A stretch of 64,000 bases of DNA from Dehalococcoidia bacterium (GTDB taxonomy: Bacteria; Chloroflexota; Dehalococcoidia; SM23-28-2; RBG-16-64-32), in NCBI GenBank assembly GCA_040877915.1, contig JBBDNA010000006.1, forward strand, positions 26,993 to 90,992, given 5' to 3'. The notes below the pieces were generated by a model, which saw only the letters and a list, made by a program, of their open reading frames with translations, did no database searches and had not been told where the DNA came from. Position numbers and translations under genes: made by a program. Below, in pieces: positions 1 through 9,266 of this stretch; the first letter of the stretch is position 1, and every line of letters starts with the position of its first letter.

Positions 1-102
1 GACGGCGTGCCCCACGCACAGCGTCAGGCCATCGGGGATGCTATAGGTGAAGGTCTGCCGGATGGGCGCCGCCGCGTTGACGGCCACCTCTGCGAAGGCC
101 AT
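1..102 (-). CDS. priA: Primosomal protein N' (PriA), N-terminal fragment; gene runs off the window start
   Basis: Reverse-strand translation from ATG at 102..100 gives MAFAEVAVNAAAPIRQTFTYSIPDGLTLCVGHAV, which matches the conserved PriA N-terminus (AEV.VD...TF.Y.iP..l..G..V). Frame is open to position 1. Confidence 0.4.
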   Translation of the reverse strand, partial: MAFAEVAVNAAAPIRQTFTYSIPDGLTLCVGHAV

Positions 103-223
103 CGCCACCTCCGCGCCGACTATAGCACCGGCGGCGGTCTATATGGAAAGCGTCGGTAGCTCATCATCCTGCGGGTTGAAACCCGCAGGAGTCTCCGCCA
201 CCCCACGCGCCGCCGTCCGGACA

Positions 224-249
224 TGAAAACGCCGCCCGTTCGGGCGGCG
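224..249 (-). terminator. Putative intrinsic terminator downstream of rplS
   Basis: GC hairpin GCCGCCCG-tt-CGGGCGGC at 231..248. The plus-strand AAAAC at 226..230 reads as a U-tract on the minus strand. It lies 25 nt past the rplS stop at 274..276. Confidence 0.45.
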
Positions 250-273
250 GAAGATTCGCGGCAGCGCGTCGCG

Positions 274-894
274 CTAGCCGGCCTTCTCCCCTTCGGTCGC
301 AGGCTCCGGCTCGGCCGTCTCCGGCTCTTCCTCGGCGGCGGGCTCTTGTTCCGGGCCCGCCTCGACAGCCTCCTCCGCCTCCGCGGCGGGCTCCTCGCCG
401 CCCTCAGCCTGCGGCTGGGCTTCCCCCTCAGCCACCGCTCCCTCTTCGCTTTCGCCCTCCACGGCCTCGGCCATCTCGGCTGCCCCGGCGGCCATCTCCT
501 CCTCCAGCGCCTGCTCCCCTTCCGCGAACTGGCGGGTCAGCTCCTCGAAGCGGTCGCGTGAGCCGGCGCGGATGCGGGCGCGCTTGCCGATGCGCTCTCG
601 CAGGTAGTACAGCCGGGCCCGGCGCACCTTGCCTACGCGGACGACCTGCACACTCTCCAGTCGCGGCGAGAATAGCGGGAACGTCCTCTCGACGCCGATG
701 CCGTGGGCCACGCGACGCACGGTGAAGTTCGAGTTCACGCCGCCGCGTCGCTTGCGGATCACCACGCCCTCGAAGGCCTGCGTGCGCTCGCGGTCGCCCT
801 CGACGACGCGGGCCATCACGCGCACCGTGTCGCCGGGACGAAAGTCCGGGATCTTCGGGTTCTTCCTGGGCTGGACGAGAGCGTTGATGTCCAT
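274..894 (-). CDS. rplS: 50S ribosomal protein L19 with ~90-aa acidic (E/A/G/P-rich) C-terminal extension
   Basis: N-terminal 115 aa (MDINALVQ...[21 protein letters not shown]) is canonical L19. It is followed by a low-complexity tail, [45 protein letters not shown].... It sits in the trmD-rplS operon. Confidence 0.9.
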   Translation of the reverse strand: MDINALVQPRKNPKIPDFRPGDTVRVMARVVEGDRERTQAFEGVVIRKRRGGVNSNFTVRRVAHGIGVERTFPLFSPRLESVQVVRVGKVRRARLYYLRERIGKRARIRAGSRDRFEELTRQFAEGEQALEEEMAAGAAEMAEAVEGESEEGAVAEGEAQPQAEGGEEPAAEAEEAVEAGPEQEPAAEEEPETAEPEPATEGEKAG

Positions 895-909
895 GGCAGC
901 CTCACAAGT

Positions 910-1656
910 CTACTGTCCGCCCGAGTCACGGGCAAGCTCGTCCTCCAGCCAGCGGCGCTCCTCGTCGCTCATCTCGATCGACGCGAGCAGGTCGGGCCGG
1001 CGGCGGGCGGTGAGCAGCAGGTTCTGCCGCCGCCGCCACCTGTCGACCTCCGCGTGGTTGCCCGACAGCAGCACCTCCGGCGCCTGCCAGCCGCGGAACT
1101 CCGGCGGCCGGGTGTAGTGCGGCGCCTCCAGCAGCCCCTCCGAGAACGACTCCTGGCCCGCCGACTCCGGCGAGCCCAGCGCGCCGGGGATCTGCCGCAC
1201 CACGGCGTCGACGAGGACCATCGCCGCTAGCTCGCCGCCGGAGAGCACGTAGTCGCCGATGCTCATCTCGTCGGTGGCCAGCCGCTCGTGAACTCGGGCG
1301 TCGAACCCCTCGTAGTGGCCGCACATCAGGACGAGCCGCTCGCGAGCGGCCAGCTCCAGCGCCAGGTCGTGGGTGAGCCGCCGCCCGATCGGAGTTAGCA
1401 GGATTACGGGCTCGCGCGGCTCGGCCATCGCCAGGACGTCCTCGGCCGCCGCGAAGACGACGTCCGGCTTCAGCACCATGCCGGGGCCGCCGCCGTAGGG
1501 GTAGTCGTCCACGGACTTGTGGCGGTCCTTCGCCCACTTGCGGATGTCGTGCAGGTGGATGGAGACGAGCCCGGCGTCGATCGCGCGCTTGACTATCGAC
1601 TCGTCGAAGGGGCCGCGGAACATGTTGGGGAAGAGGGTGAGGATATCGATTCGCAT
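910..1656 (-). CDS. trmD: tRNA (guanine37-N1)-methyltransferase
   Basis: [13 protein letters not shown]...[13 protein letters not shown]...[13 protein letters not shown] motifs. The ORF track begins at 1866, but the conserved protein starts at ATG 1656..1654 (internal M71). Gene order is trmD-rplS. Confidence 0.9.
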   Translation of the reverse strand: MRIDILTLFPNMFRGPFDESIVKRAIDAGLVSIHLHDIRKWAKDRHKSVDDYPYGGGPGMVLKPDVVFAAAEDVLAMAEPREPVILLTPIGRRLTHDLALELAARERLVLMCGHYEGFDARVHERLATDEMSIGDYVLSGGELAAMVLVDAVVRQIPGALGSPESAGQESFSEGLLEAPHYTRPPEFRGWQAPEVLLSGNHAEVDRWRRRQNLLLTARRRPDLLASIEMSDEERRWLEDELARDSGGQ

Positions 1657-1799
1657 GATCGTAAGGACTTCCCGCGGAGTGAATCTCGCGCCAACACTCA
1701 AGCCGCGTACTTCAGCGCGCGGTACAGGCGCTTCCTCGCATAGAGCGCGCCCCCGCATCCTAAGCGATGGGACGCGCCGGCGTCGACGGTGGAGTGCCT

Positions 1800-2519
1800 T
1801 CAGGCGGCTGCCGGAGTGGGCGGCTCCATCTTCAGGATCATGCCTACGCTCACGATTAGAAGCCACAGGGCCGCGCCGGGGGGCCAGATGAAGCCGATCC
1901 CGCCCAGCACACCGTCATGGTCCGCGGCCAACGGGGACGCCCCGGCGATGATGCAGAGCACGACCACCAGCAGTCCCAGCAGCGCCAGCCAGCGCCAGAG
2001 CACCGCAGTTCGCGCGATGACCAGCGAAGAGCCCAGAACGAAGGGGACGAACGCCAGCGCGAAGGCGCTGGCACCGAGGTGGTCGAGGTACATCAGCGTC
2101 CGTATGGTTTCTGGGTCCCCGCCTTCGGCCATGCCGAAGGCGTAGGCCAGCGTTCCCCGAAACAGGCTGTACACGAAGCCGATCAGCACCCAGGCCAGGC
2201 CACCGGAGAAGGCCACCCACGACCACATGGCGGGCTCGCCTTCCGCGCCGGCCAGCAGGCCGCGGAGGCTGGCCAGGAAGGGGATGAAGAAGAGCACGAA
2301 CGCCAGGCCGACGAGGTAGTTGCCGACGAGGTACCGCTCGCCGTTGTCCGTAAACCACTCGCGGATCTCGTCGACAGGATCGTCGAAAGCCGGAGTCTCT
2401 CCCGGCACAAATGCACCAGCGACAAAGACAACCAGGAATAAGACGCCCATGAGGCCACCGATCCGCCACCACTGGTCCCAGATCGGCTTTGAGCCGACGG
2501 CTGACGATGCGATTGCCAT
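1800..2519 (-). CDS. Hypothetical polytopic membrane protein
   Basis: 239 aa with about 6 hydrophobic helices ([40 protein letters not shown]). No recognisable catalytic motif. Confidence 0.5.
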   Translation of the reverse strand: MAIASSAVGSKPIWDQWWRIGGLMGVLFLVVFVAGAFVPGETPAFDDPVDEIREWFTDNGERYLVGNYLVGLAFVLFFIPFLASLRGLLAGAEGEPAMWSWVAFSGGLAWVLIGFVYSLFRGTLAYAFGMAEGGDPETIRTLMYLDHLGASAFALAFVPFVLGSSLVIARTAVLWRWLALLGLLVVVLCIIAGASPLAADHDGVLGGIGFIWPPGAALWLLIVSVGMILKMEPPTPAAA

Positions 2520-2612
2520 TGCGAGAACCTCCCTTGCTCAAGCCAGTGTCTGACTTAGGAACGCGGGGGTTCTGGGGATGTTAACACAGAAATGCTCTGC
2601 TAATTCGGCCGG

Positions 2613-3098
2613 CTAGCCGTGCTCGGTCTCGCCGCGCAGCAGCTCCAGCGCGTGCGGCAGCGCCGGTAGCAGCGCCGAGAGGCTTTCGCGGACGCCCTTA
2701 GGGCTGCCGGGCAGGTTCACGATGAGCGTCCGCCCGCGCACGCCGGCGACGGCCCGGCTGAGCATGGCCATCGGCGTGTGCTCCATGCCGGCGCGTCGCA
2801 TCGCCTCGGCCATGCCCGGCGCCTCGTAGTCCAGGGCCGCCAGCGTCGCCTGCGGCGTGACGTCGCGCGGGCCGAGACCCGTACCACCCGTAGTTAGGAT
2901 GAGGTCCAGCCCGTCCTCGTCGGCCCAGGTGACCAGCCGCTGAGTGATCGTCGCCGCGTCGTCAGACACGATCTCGTACCGCTCGACCGAGGCGTCGAGC
3001 CCGGCCAGCAGCTCGCGGATCGCCTGACCGGACGTGTCCTCGCGCTCGCCGCGGGCGCCCTTCGTCGAAACCGTCAGGATGCCGGCGCGTGCGGTCAT
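2613..3098 (-). CDS. mogA: Molybdenum cofactor biosynthesis protein MogA/MoaB family
   Basis: 161 aa with [17 protein letters not shown]...[17 protein letters not shown]...LPGSPKGV, the typical MoaB/MogA fold signature (GGTG motif). Confidence 0.75.
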   Translation of the reverse strand: MTARAGILTVSTKGARGEREDTSGQAIRELLAGLDASVERYEIVSDDAATITQRLVTWADEDGLDLILTTGGTGLGPRDVTPQATLAALDYEAPGMAEAMRRAGMEHTPMAMLSRAVAGVRGRTLIVNLPGSPKGVRESLSALLPALPHALELLRGETEHG

Positions 3099-3182
3099 GT
3101 TCGAGTTACGAGCCTAGTCGCCGGGTTTCGCTAGGGAGGTGGCGAGTTCCCAAAAAAGTGGGGGAAAGTATTGCATAAGCGC

Positions 3183-3210
3183 TTGACATACCACGCCCGG
3201 ATGGTATGCT
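3183..3210 (+). promoter_or_regulatory. Sigma-70-like promoter of the dcw cluster (Pmra)
   Basis: TTGACA at 3183..3188, a 16-nt spacer, then TATGCT at 3205..3210. It lies directly upstream of the MraZ-box repeats and 120 nt from mraZ. Confidence 0.5.
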
Positions 3211-3236
3211 GTGGGGCGAAGTGGGGAGGAGTGGGG
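3211..3236 (+). promoter_or_regulatory. MraZ operator: three direct GTGGGG repeats with 10-bp phasing
   Basis: GTGGGGcgaaGTGGGGaggaGTGGGGactt, each repeat followed by a 4-nt spacer, located between the -10 and mraZ. MraZ is known to bind phased GTGG(G/T) direct repeats in its own promoter. Confidence 0.55.
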
Positions 3237-3331
3237 ACTTCTCCCATATTCTGTTCAGCTCACGCCTGCCGGGCAGGGCGGCAGGCCCATATTAGCACAG
3301 CCGGCCCTGGCGTTGAAGGGAACGGGGACAG

Positions 3332-3754
3332 ATGGCCTTTCGAGGCAGGTACGAACACACGGTGGACGATCGCGGCCGGGTTGCCATACCGGCGCGCTAC
3401 CGCCGTGAGTTCGATGACGGGGCCGTCCTCACTCTCAGTCCCGAAGGATGTGTGGAGGTCTACACGCTCAAGAGCTTCGATGAGATGTCCGAACACGTCA
3501 TTACGGAACCCCCGACGCACCTGAAGGGCCGCAGGCTGCGCCGGGCATTCTTCGGTCTCTCCTGGGACGCCGAGCTAGACGGCCAGGGGCGCATCCTTAT
3601 CCCGCAGCAGCTGCGGGATGACGCCGGACTCGAAGGGCCCGTCGTCATCCACGCTCGCCGCGAATGCCTGGAGGTGTGGAACCGCGAGCGTTACACGGAG
3701 GAGCTGCGGCAGGTGCGCGAGGCCTACGCCGCCGAACTGGAGTCGTTGGAGTAG
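3332..3754 (+). CDS. mraZ: Transcriptional regulator MraZ
   Basis: 140 aa: [24 protein letters not shown]...[13 protein letters not shown], with duplicated SpoVT/AbrB-like halves. First gene of the dcw cluster. Confidence 0.9.
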   Translation: MAFRGRYEHTVDDRGRVAIPARYRREFDDGAVLTLSPEGCVEVYTLKSFDEMSEHVITEPPTHLKGRRLRRAFFGLSWDAELDGQGRILIPQQLRDDAGLEGPVVIHARRECLEVWNRERYTEELRQVREAYAAELESLE

Positions 3755-3761
3755 GGGAAAG

Positions 3762-4712
3762 GTGGTTGCAACAATCTTCCCCGCTAGCGAGACCCAACCC
3801 CACGCTCCGGTGATGGTGGCCGAGGCGCTCGAGCTTCTGGCGGTCCAGCCCGGCGGCCGATACGTGGACTGCACGGTGGGCGGCGGTGGCCACTCGTTGG
3901 CCATCCTGGAGGCCGCCGCCCCCGGTGGTCTCCTCCTGGGCATCGACGCCGACCCGGCCGCCCTGGACACCGCCCGCGAGAGGCTGAAGCCGTACGCGGG
4001 CTCGGCCCTCCTGCGCCAGGCCAACTTCCGCGACCTGGAGACCGTCTGCCGCCAGGCCGACTTCGTGCCAGTGCACGGCGTCCTGTTCGACCTGGGCCTA
4101 TCGTCCATGCAGCTCGCCGACCCGGGGCGCGGCTTCAGCTTCCAGGTCGAAGCGCCGCTGGACATGCGCTTCGGCGCCGGCCAGACCACCACTGCGGACG
4201 AGATAGTGAACGGGTACCCGGAAGGCGAGCTGGCCGACCTGATCTGGCGATACGGCGAAGAACCGGCGTCGCGTCGCATAGCCCGCGCCATCGTCGGCGC
4301 GCGTCCGCTGGGAACGACGACGCAGTTGGCGGACCTCGTGTCCAGAGCCGCGGGCCGCGGCGGTCGCAGCCGCATCCATCCGGCCACGCGGACGTTCCAG
4401 GCGCTGCGCATGGCCGTCAACGACGAGCTGGGCGCGCTCGGCTCGGCGCTGCAGCAGGCCGTCGATGTCCTGGGCCAGGGCGGGAGGCTGGTGGTCATCG
4501 CCTTCCACTCTCTGGAGGACCGGATCGTCAAGCAGTTCATCAGCCACGAGTCGCGCGATTGCGTATGCCCGCCGGAGGCGCCGTCCTGCGTTTGCGGGCA
4601 TCGCGCCTCGCTGCGCCGCGTGACCCGGGGCGCGGTGCGCCCCTCCGAACGAGAGATCGCTGACAACCGGCGCGCCCGCAGCGCCCGACTGCGCGCCGCC
4701 GAGAAGCTATAG
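3762..4712 (+). CDS. rsmH: 16S rRNA (cytosine1402-N4)-methyltransferase RsmH/MraW
   Basis: [30 protein letters not shown] and HSLEDRIVK motifs. The start was moved to GTG 3762, just after the mraZ stop and preceded by GGGGAAAGG. ATG 3813 is an alternative that would remove the conserved H-x-PV motif. Confidence 0.85.
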   Translation: MVATIFPASETQPHAPVMVAEALELLAVQPGGRYVDCTVGGGGHSLAILEAAAPGGLLLGIDADPAALDTARERLKPYAGSALLRQANFRDLETVCRQADFVPVHGVLFDLGLSSMQLADPGRGFSFQVEAPLDMRFGAGQTTTADEIVNGYPEGELADLIWRYGEEPASRRIARAIVGARPLGTTTQLADLVSRAAGRGGRSRIHPATRTFQALRMAVNDELGALGSALQQAVDVLGQGGRLVVIAFHSLEDRIVKQFISHESRDCVCPPEAPSCVCGHRASLRRVTRGAVRPSEREIADNRRARSARLRAAEKL

Positions 4713-4720
4713 GAGGCCGC

Positions 4721-5152
4721 TTGTCCACGATACCCAAGGCCGGGAGACACGTCCTGCCGGAGGTGCTCCGTTCGCCCAGCCTGCCCGCGCTCCTCATCAT
4801 CTGCGCCATGGCCATCGGCGGCGCCGCCATCATCCCCCTGGTGGGCTCCAGCGTGACCACTTCCACGAACGGCAACGTCCACCGTCTGGACCAGGACCTG
4901 GCGGACTGGCAAGCGCGAGTGCAGGAACGGGAGCTGGACGTTGCTACCATGGCCGGCCTCAACCGGATAGAGACCGTCGCCAAGAACGACCTCCACATGG
5001 AGGAGCCCAAGGACACGCGCTACGTCGTTGTGCCAGCGCCGCCGCCGGAAGAGCGCCGTTTGCCCAGCCGCTACCTGCCGCCCTCACCGGAAGACCGTGA
5101 ATCGGAGCCCGCGCTGTGGCAGCGGGTGCGGGACTGGCTACCTCTGCCGTAG
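4721..5152 (+). CDS. ftsL: Cell division protein FtsL-like (single-pass, coiled-coil)
   Basis: 143 aa with one TM (LPALLIICAMAIGGAAIIPLV) then a heptad-like region. Call rests on its position between rsmH and ftsI; sequence similarity is weak. Confidence 0.55.
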   Translation: MSTIPKAGRHVLPEVLRSPSLPALLIICAMAIGGAAIIPLVGSSVTTSTNGNVHRLDQDLADWQARVQERELDVATMAGLNRIETVAKNDLHMEEPKDTRYVVVPAPPPEERRLPSRYLPPSPEDRESEPALWQRVRDWLPLP

Positions 5153-5164
5153 GAATGGACTGAC

Positions 5165-6910
5165 GTGGCATCGCGTAAGCGCGGGGTTGGCTGGCGTCTG
5201 GGCGTCGTCGTGGCCGTTATCGGCATCGCCACCGTTGCGCTGACCCTGCGGCTGGTCCAGCTCCAGGTAATCGATCACGAGCGCTACGCGTCCGAGGCGC
5301 GCAGTATCCACGTGGCCCAGGAGACGATTCCCGGCCGGCGCGGAGCGCTGCTGGACCGCAACGGCTACCCGCTGGCCGCCAGCGTCGACACCTACGACGT
5401 CATGGTCGAGGTCGAACGCTGGCAGGACGATCCGGCGCAGGCCGGCGCCGCCGCCTCGGCAATCGCCGAAGTGACCGAGAGCGACCCCGAAGCGATGGTG
5501 GCCGATGTGGACGCCGCCTCAATCTATGAGATAGCCGTCGCCCGCGACCTGGACTTCGACCGTGCAACCCGGGTCCGCGAGCTGGGCCTGGGCGGCGTGC
5601 GGCTGCTGAGCGCCAGCGCCCGCGTCTACCCGGAGGGCAACCTGGCGGCTCAGCTCCTGGGCTACGTGGGCCAGGACAACACCGGACTCACGGGGCTGGA
5701 GGCCGACCTGGAGGGGATTCTGGGCGGCGACCAGGGGACGGTTGTCTTTGAACGCGACGGTCTGGGGAACCAGCTGGGTATCGGCGACCGGAACGAGAAG
5801 CCCCCCTCCCCCAGCGCCGACGTTGTCCTTACCATCGACCGCTTCATCCAGCGCATAGCCGAGCAGGAGCTGGACAAGGCGATCAAGGAACGCGACGCCG
5901 CCGGCGGCAGCGTCATCGTCGTCCGGCCGAAGACGGGGGAGGTCCTGGCCATGGCCAGCCGCCCCACGTTCGACCTGACGAAGCCGGACCTCAGTGACGA
6001 ATCGAAGCTGGCGCTGTTCCGCAACCTGGCGATCACTGACCAGTTCGAGCCGGGTTCCGTGTTCAAGCTGTTCACCACCGCCTGCGCCATTGACCTGGGC
6101 CTGGTGAACCCGGACACCTGGTGGTACGACGAAGGCGTCCTGAACATCACCGGCTGGAAGATCCGCAACTGGGACCTCAGCGCCAACGGCTCCCAGACGG
6201 TCACGCAGATACTGGCCAAGAGCCTGAACACCGGCGCGGCCTGGCTGGCCCAGCTCATAGGCCCGGAAAAGTTCTACGAGTACGTCAGCCGCTTCGGTTT
6301 CGGCGAGACCAGCGCCTCCGGCCTGGGCGGCGAGGTGGCGGGACGCATCCGCACGCCGGAGAGCGACCCGGCGAACTGGCGCGCGGTGGACATGGCGACG
6401 AACAGCTTCGGCCAGGGCATCAGCGTGACGCCGCTGCAGATGGCGATGGCGATCTCCGCCCTGGCCAACGAGGGCAAGCTGATGAAGCCCATCCTGGTCA
6501 AGGAGGTCTTGAGCCCGGGCGAATCGCAGCCTACCCAGCCGGAGGTGGTAGCGCAGGTAGTGACGCCGGAGACCGCCCGAACCCTGCTGGACATGATGGG
6601 CGTTGTAGTGGAGGGGATTCCGCCCAGTCTGCTGGACGTGCAGGGGTACAACGTGGGCGGCAAGACCGGCACGGCCAACATCATCGCCAGCAGCGGCGGA
6701 TACAAGGACGGCGCCTACATCTCCTCCTTCGCCGGCATCGTCCCCCTCGAGGACCCTGAGCTTGTGATCTACGTCAAGATAGACGAACCGAAGGGCATAC
6801 CCTGGGGCACCGTGGTCGCCGCTCCCGCCTTCGAGCGCATCGCCCAGGCGTCACTGGCCTACTTGAAGATAGCGCCGCAAGAACCGGCGCTGGTGGCGGC
6901 GGCGGAATGA
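5165..6910 (+). CDS. ftsI: Peptidoglycan D,D-transpeptidase FtsI (class B PBP)
   Basis: N-terminal TM, a dimerisation domain, and the transpeptidase motifs SVFK (GSVFKLFT), SLN (KSLNTGA) and KTGTA. GTG start at 5165. Confidence 0.85.
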   Translation: MASRKRGVGWRLGVVVAVIGIATVALTLRLVQLQVIDHERYASEARSIHVAQETIPGRRGALLDRNGYPLAASVDTYDVMVEVERWQDDPAQAGAAASAIAEVTESDPEAMVADVDAASIYEIAVARDLDFDRATRVRELGLGGVRLLSASARVYPEGNLAAQLLGYVGQDNTGLTGLEADLEGILGGDQGTVVFERDGLGNQLGIGDRNEKPPSPSADVVLTIDRFIQRIAEQELDKAIKERDAAGGSVIVVRPKTGEVLAMASRPTFDLTKPDLSDESKLALFRNLAITDQFEPGSVFKLFTTACAIDLGLVNPDTWWYDEGVLNITGWKIRNWDLSANGSQTVTQILAKSLNTGAAWLAQLIGPEKFYEYVSRFGFGETSASGLGGEVAGRIRTPESDPANWRAVDMATNSFGQGISVTPLQMAMAISALANEGKLMKPILVKEVLSPGESQPTQPEVVAQVVTPETARTLLDMMGVVVEGIPPSLLDVQGYNVGGKTGTANIIASSGGYKDGAYISSFAGIVPLEDPELVIYVKIDEPKGIPWGTVVAAPAFERIAQASLAYLKIAPQEPALVAAAE

Positions 6911-8298
6911 CGGCGCTGCGGATCGACGAGCTGACCGAGGCCGCGGACGGCCTCCTGATCGCCCGCGGCGGTCCCGCCGGCGGCGAGTTCCAGCGGGCCG
7001 TTATCGACTCCCGTGAGGCCGGCCCGGGCGACCTGTTCTTCGCCCTGCGGGGCGAGCGGCACGACGGCCACGAGTTCGTCGGCCAGGCGCTGGGCCGAGG
7101 GGCCACAGGCCTGGTCGTCGAGCGGCCGCTGGCCGTCCCGGACGGGATCACCGTCCTCCACGTGAACGACTCCCTGACCGCGCTGCAGCGGCTGGCCGCC
7201 CGGCGGCGCGAGTCCCGGCCGGACCTCCGCGTCATCGGCGTCACCGGCAGCGTGGGCAAGACAACGTGCAAGGAGCTGATCGCGGCCGTGCTGGGCGCGC
7301 GCCCAGACGGGCGCCCGTCCGGGCGCTTCCGCGTCCTCAAGAGCGAGGCCAACCTGAATACGGAAATCGGGCTGCCCCTGACCCTGCTGCGACTCGAAGA
7401 GGGGCACGAGCGCGCCGTGCTGGAGATGGCGATGTACGCCCCGGGCGAGATAGACCTCCTCTGCCACATCGCCCGGCCCCAGATCGGCGTCGTCACCAAC
7501 GTCAGCTCCGTCCACCTGGAACGGCTGGGCTCAATGGGCGCGATCGCCACCGCCAAGGCGGAGCTCGTGGAGGCGCTGCCGCCGGATGGTGTGGCCGTCC
7601 TCAACGGCGACGACCCTCGTGTCACCGCCATGGCCGCGCGGACGAAGGCCCGCGCAATCCTCTACGGCCGCTCCGAGCAGTGCGACGTGCGCGCCGGCGA
7701 GGTCGAGGGACGGGGTCTGGACGGCATCTCGTTCCGCCTGAGCCACGGCGGTTCGAGCGTCGCCGTCGAGATGCCGCTGCCCGGCCGCCACCACGTCTAC
7801 CCGGGGCTGGCCGCCGCCGCCGTCGCCCTCGCCGAGGGCATGACGCTGGAGGAGATCGGGGGCGCCCTGCGCGAGGCGCGGCCGGAGCTGCGCCTGCGCG
7901 TGCTAACCGCGCCCGCCGGCTACACGATCATCGACGACACCTACAACGCTAGCCCGCCGGCCATGATCGCCGCCCTGGACCTGCTGTCCGACCTCCCCGG
8001 GCGGCGAGTCGCCCTCCTGGGGGAGATGCGCGAGCTGGGCGACGACGAGGCCGACGGCCACCGCCGCGTGGGCGAGCGCGCCGCCGCCTGCGCCGACCTC
8101 GTGCTCGTCGTCGGCGAACGAGCGCGGCCGCTGTACGAGGCGGCGGCCTCAGGCCAGGCCGAGGCGCGATATCTCGACTCGGTGGAAGCCGCAACGTCCG
8201 CACTTCGAGACGAGCTGCGGCCAGGAGACCACTTGCTGGTCAAGGCCTCGCGGGCGGTGGGGCTGGAGTCAGTGGTCGAAGCCCTGGTAAAGACATGA
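6907..8298 (+). CDS. murF: UDP-MurNAc-tripeptide--D-alanyl-D-alanine ligase
   Basis: GVTGSVGKTTCKEL P-loop, IDDTYNASPPAM and a C-terminal VKASRAVGLESVVEAL that matches the MurF tail (not MurE). Overlaps the ftsI stop (ATGA). Confidence 0.85.
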   Translation: MTALRIDELTEAADGLLIARGGPAGGEFQRAVIDSREAGPGDLFFALRGERHDGHEFVGQALGRGATGLVVERPLAVPDGITVLHVNDSLTALQRLAARRRESRPDLRVIGVTGSVGKTTCKELIAAVLGARPDGRPSGRFRVLKSEANLNTEIGLPLTLLRLEEGHERAVLEMAMYAPGEIDLLCHIARPQIGVVTNVSSVHLERLGSMGAIATAKAELVEALPPDGVAVLNGDDPRVTAMAARTKARAILYGRSEQCDVRAGEVEGRGLDGISFRLSHGGSSVAVEMPLPGRHHVYPGLAAAAVALAEGMTLEEIGGALREARPELRLRVLTAPAGYTIIDDTYNASPPAMIAALDLLSDLPGRRVALLGEMRELGDDEADGHRRVGERAAACADLVLVVGERARPLYEAAASGQAEARYLDSVEAATSALRDELRPGDHLLVKASRAVGLESVVEALVKT

Positions 8299-9266
8299 TC
8301 CAGTCGTTGAGTCTGGGAGCGATGACGTTGACAGCGACACTGATAGCGGGATGGCCCTTCCTGGGGGCGTTGCGCCGCCTGAAGGTGGGTAAGGAGATCT
8401 CCGAATGGGGTCCCGAGACCCACCAGACGAAGGCCGGCACGCCGACGATGGGCGGCCTGCTGATCCTGGCCGCTGTCATCGTCTTCAGCCTGGGCGGAAA
8501 CCTCATCGGCAGGCAGTCCATCGGCCTGCCGCTGGCCGTGATGGCCGCGCTGGGCGCGCTGGGCTTCCTGGACGACCTGGGCTCGCTGCGCGGCCGCTTC
8601 GGCGGCCTGCAGGCGCTGAACAAACGCGTGAAGTTCGTCGCCTTCCTGGGCATCGGCGTGGCGGCCGCATACGGCCTGTACGAGGGCCTGGAGCTGAGCT
8701 CCGTCAACATCCCCTACGGCGACCGCTACGACCTCGGCGTCTGGTACCTGCCGATCGCCGTGGGCGTCATCGTCCTGACAGCGGGCGGCGTCGCCGTCAC
8801 GGACGGCCTGGACGGCCTGGCGGCCGGCACCACGGCCATCGCCTTCGGGGCCTACGGGATAATCGCCGTGCACCAGGAGCAGACGTTCCTGGCGGCGTTC
8901 TGCTTCACGGTCGTCGGCGCCGTGCTGGGCTTCCTGTGGTACAACAGCCACCCGGCGCAGATGTTCATGGGAGACACGGGGGCGCTGGCCCTGGGCGGCG
9001 GCCTGGCCACGGTCGCCTTCATGACCGGGCAGTGGCTGGTCCTGCCCCTGGTCGGCGCCATCTTCGTCCTGGAGGGCGCGTCCGACGTCATCCAGGTGGG
9101 CTACTACCGGCTGAGCGGCGGCAAGCGCATCTTTCGCATGGCGCCACTGCACCACCACTTCGAGAAGCTGGGCTGGAGCGAGCCCCAGGTGGTGCAGCGA
9201 TTCTGGATCATCGGCTTGCTGGGAGCGATCGTGGGCACGATTCTGGCGATGGGAGGTCTAGCATGA
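8295..9266 (+). CDS. mraY: Phospho-N-acetylmuramoyl-pentapeptide transferase
   Basis: 323 aa, 10 TM, with the conserved MraY motifs GKE..WGPE...K.GTPTMGG and MGDTGALALGG...HHHFE. ATGA overlap with murF. Confidence 0.9.
   Translation: MIQSLSLGAMTLTATLIAGWPFLGALRRLKVGKEISEWGPETHQTKAGTPTMGGLLILAAVIVFSLGGNLIGRQSIGLPLAVMAALGALGFLDDLGSLRGRFGGLQALNKRVKFVAFLGIGVAAAYGLYEGLELSSVNIPYGDRYDLGVWYLPIAVGVIVLTAGGVAVTDGLDGLAAGTTAIAFGAYGIIAVHQEQTFLAAFCFTVVGAVLGFLWYNSHPAQMFMGDTGALALGGGLATVAFMTGQWLVLPLVGAIFVLEGASDVIQVGYYRLSGGKRIFRMAPLHHHFEKLGWSEPQVVQRFWIIGLLGAIVGTILAMGGLA

Noticed and set aside
3575-4996. 473-aa minus-strand ORF antisense to rsmH/ftsL
   Set aside because: It lies wholly antisense to two well-supported conserved genes. 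It is Arg/Ala/Pro-rich with no motif. Long antisense ORFs are expected at 68% GC.
6907-8298. Possibility that this Mur ligase is MurE rather than MurF
   Set aside because: The C-terminal block (IIDDTYNASP...LLGEMRELG...VKASRAVGLESVVEAL) aligns with the E. coli MurF tail, not MurE. Hence murE is inferred to be elsewhere.
7941-9158. 405-aa minus-strand ORF antisense to murF/mraY
   Set aside because: Same reason. The product is low-complexity (R/A/G/Q-rich) and overlaps conserved MraY.
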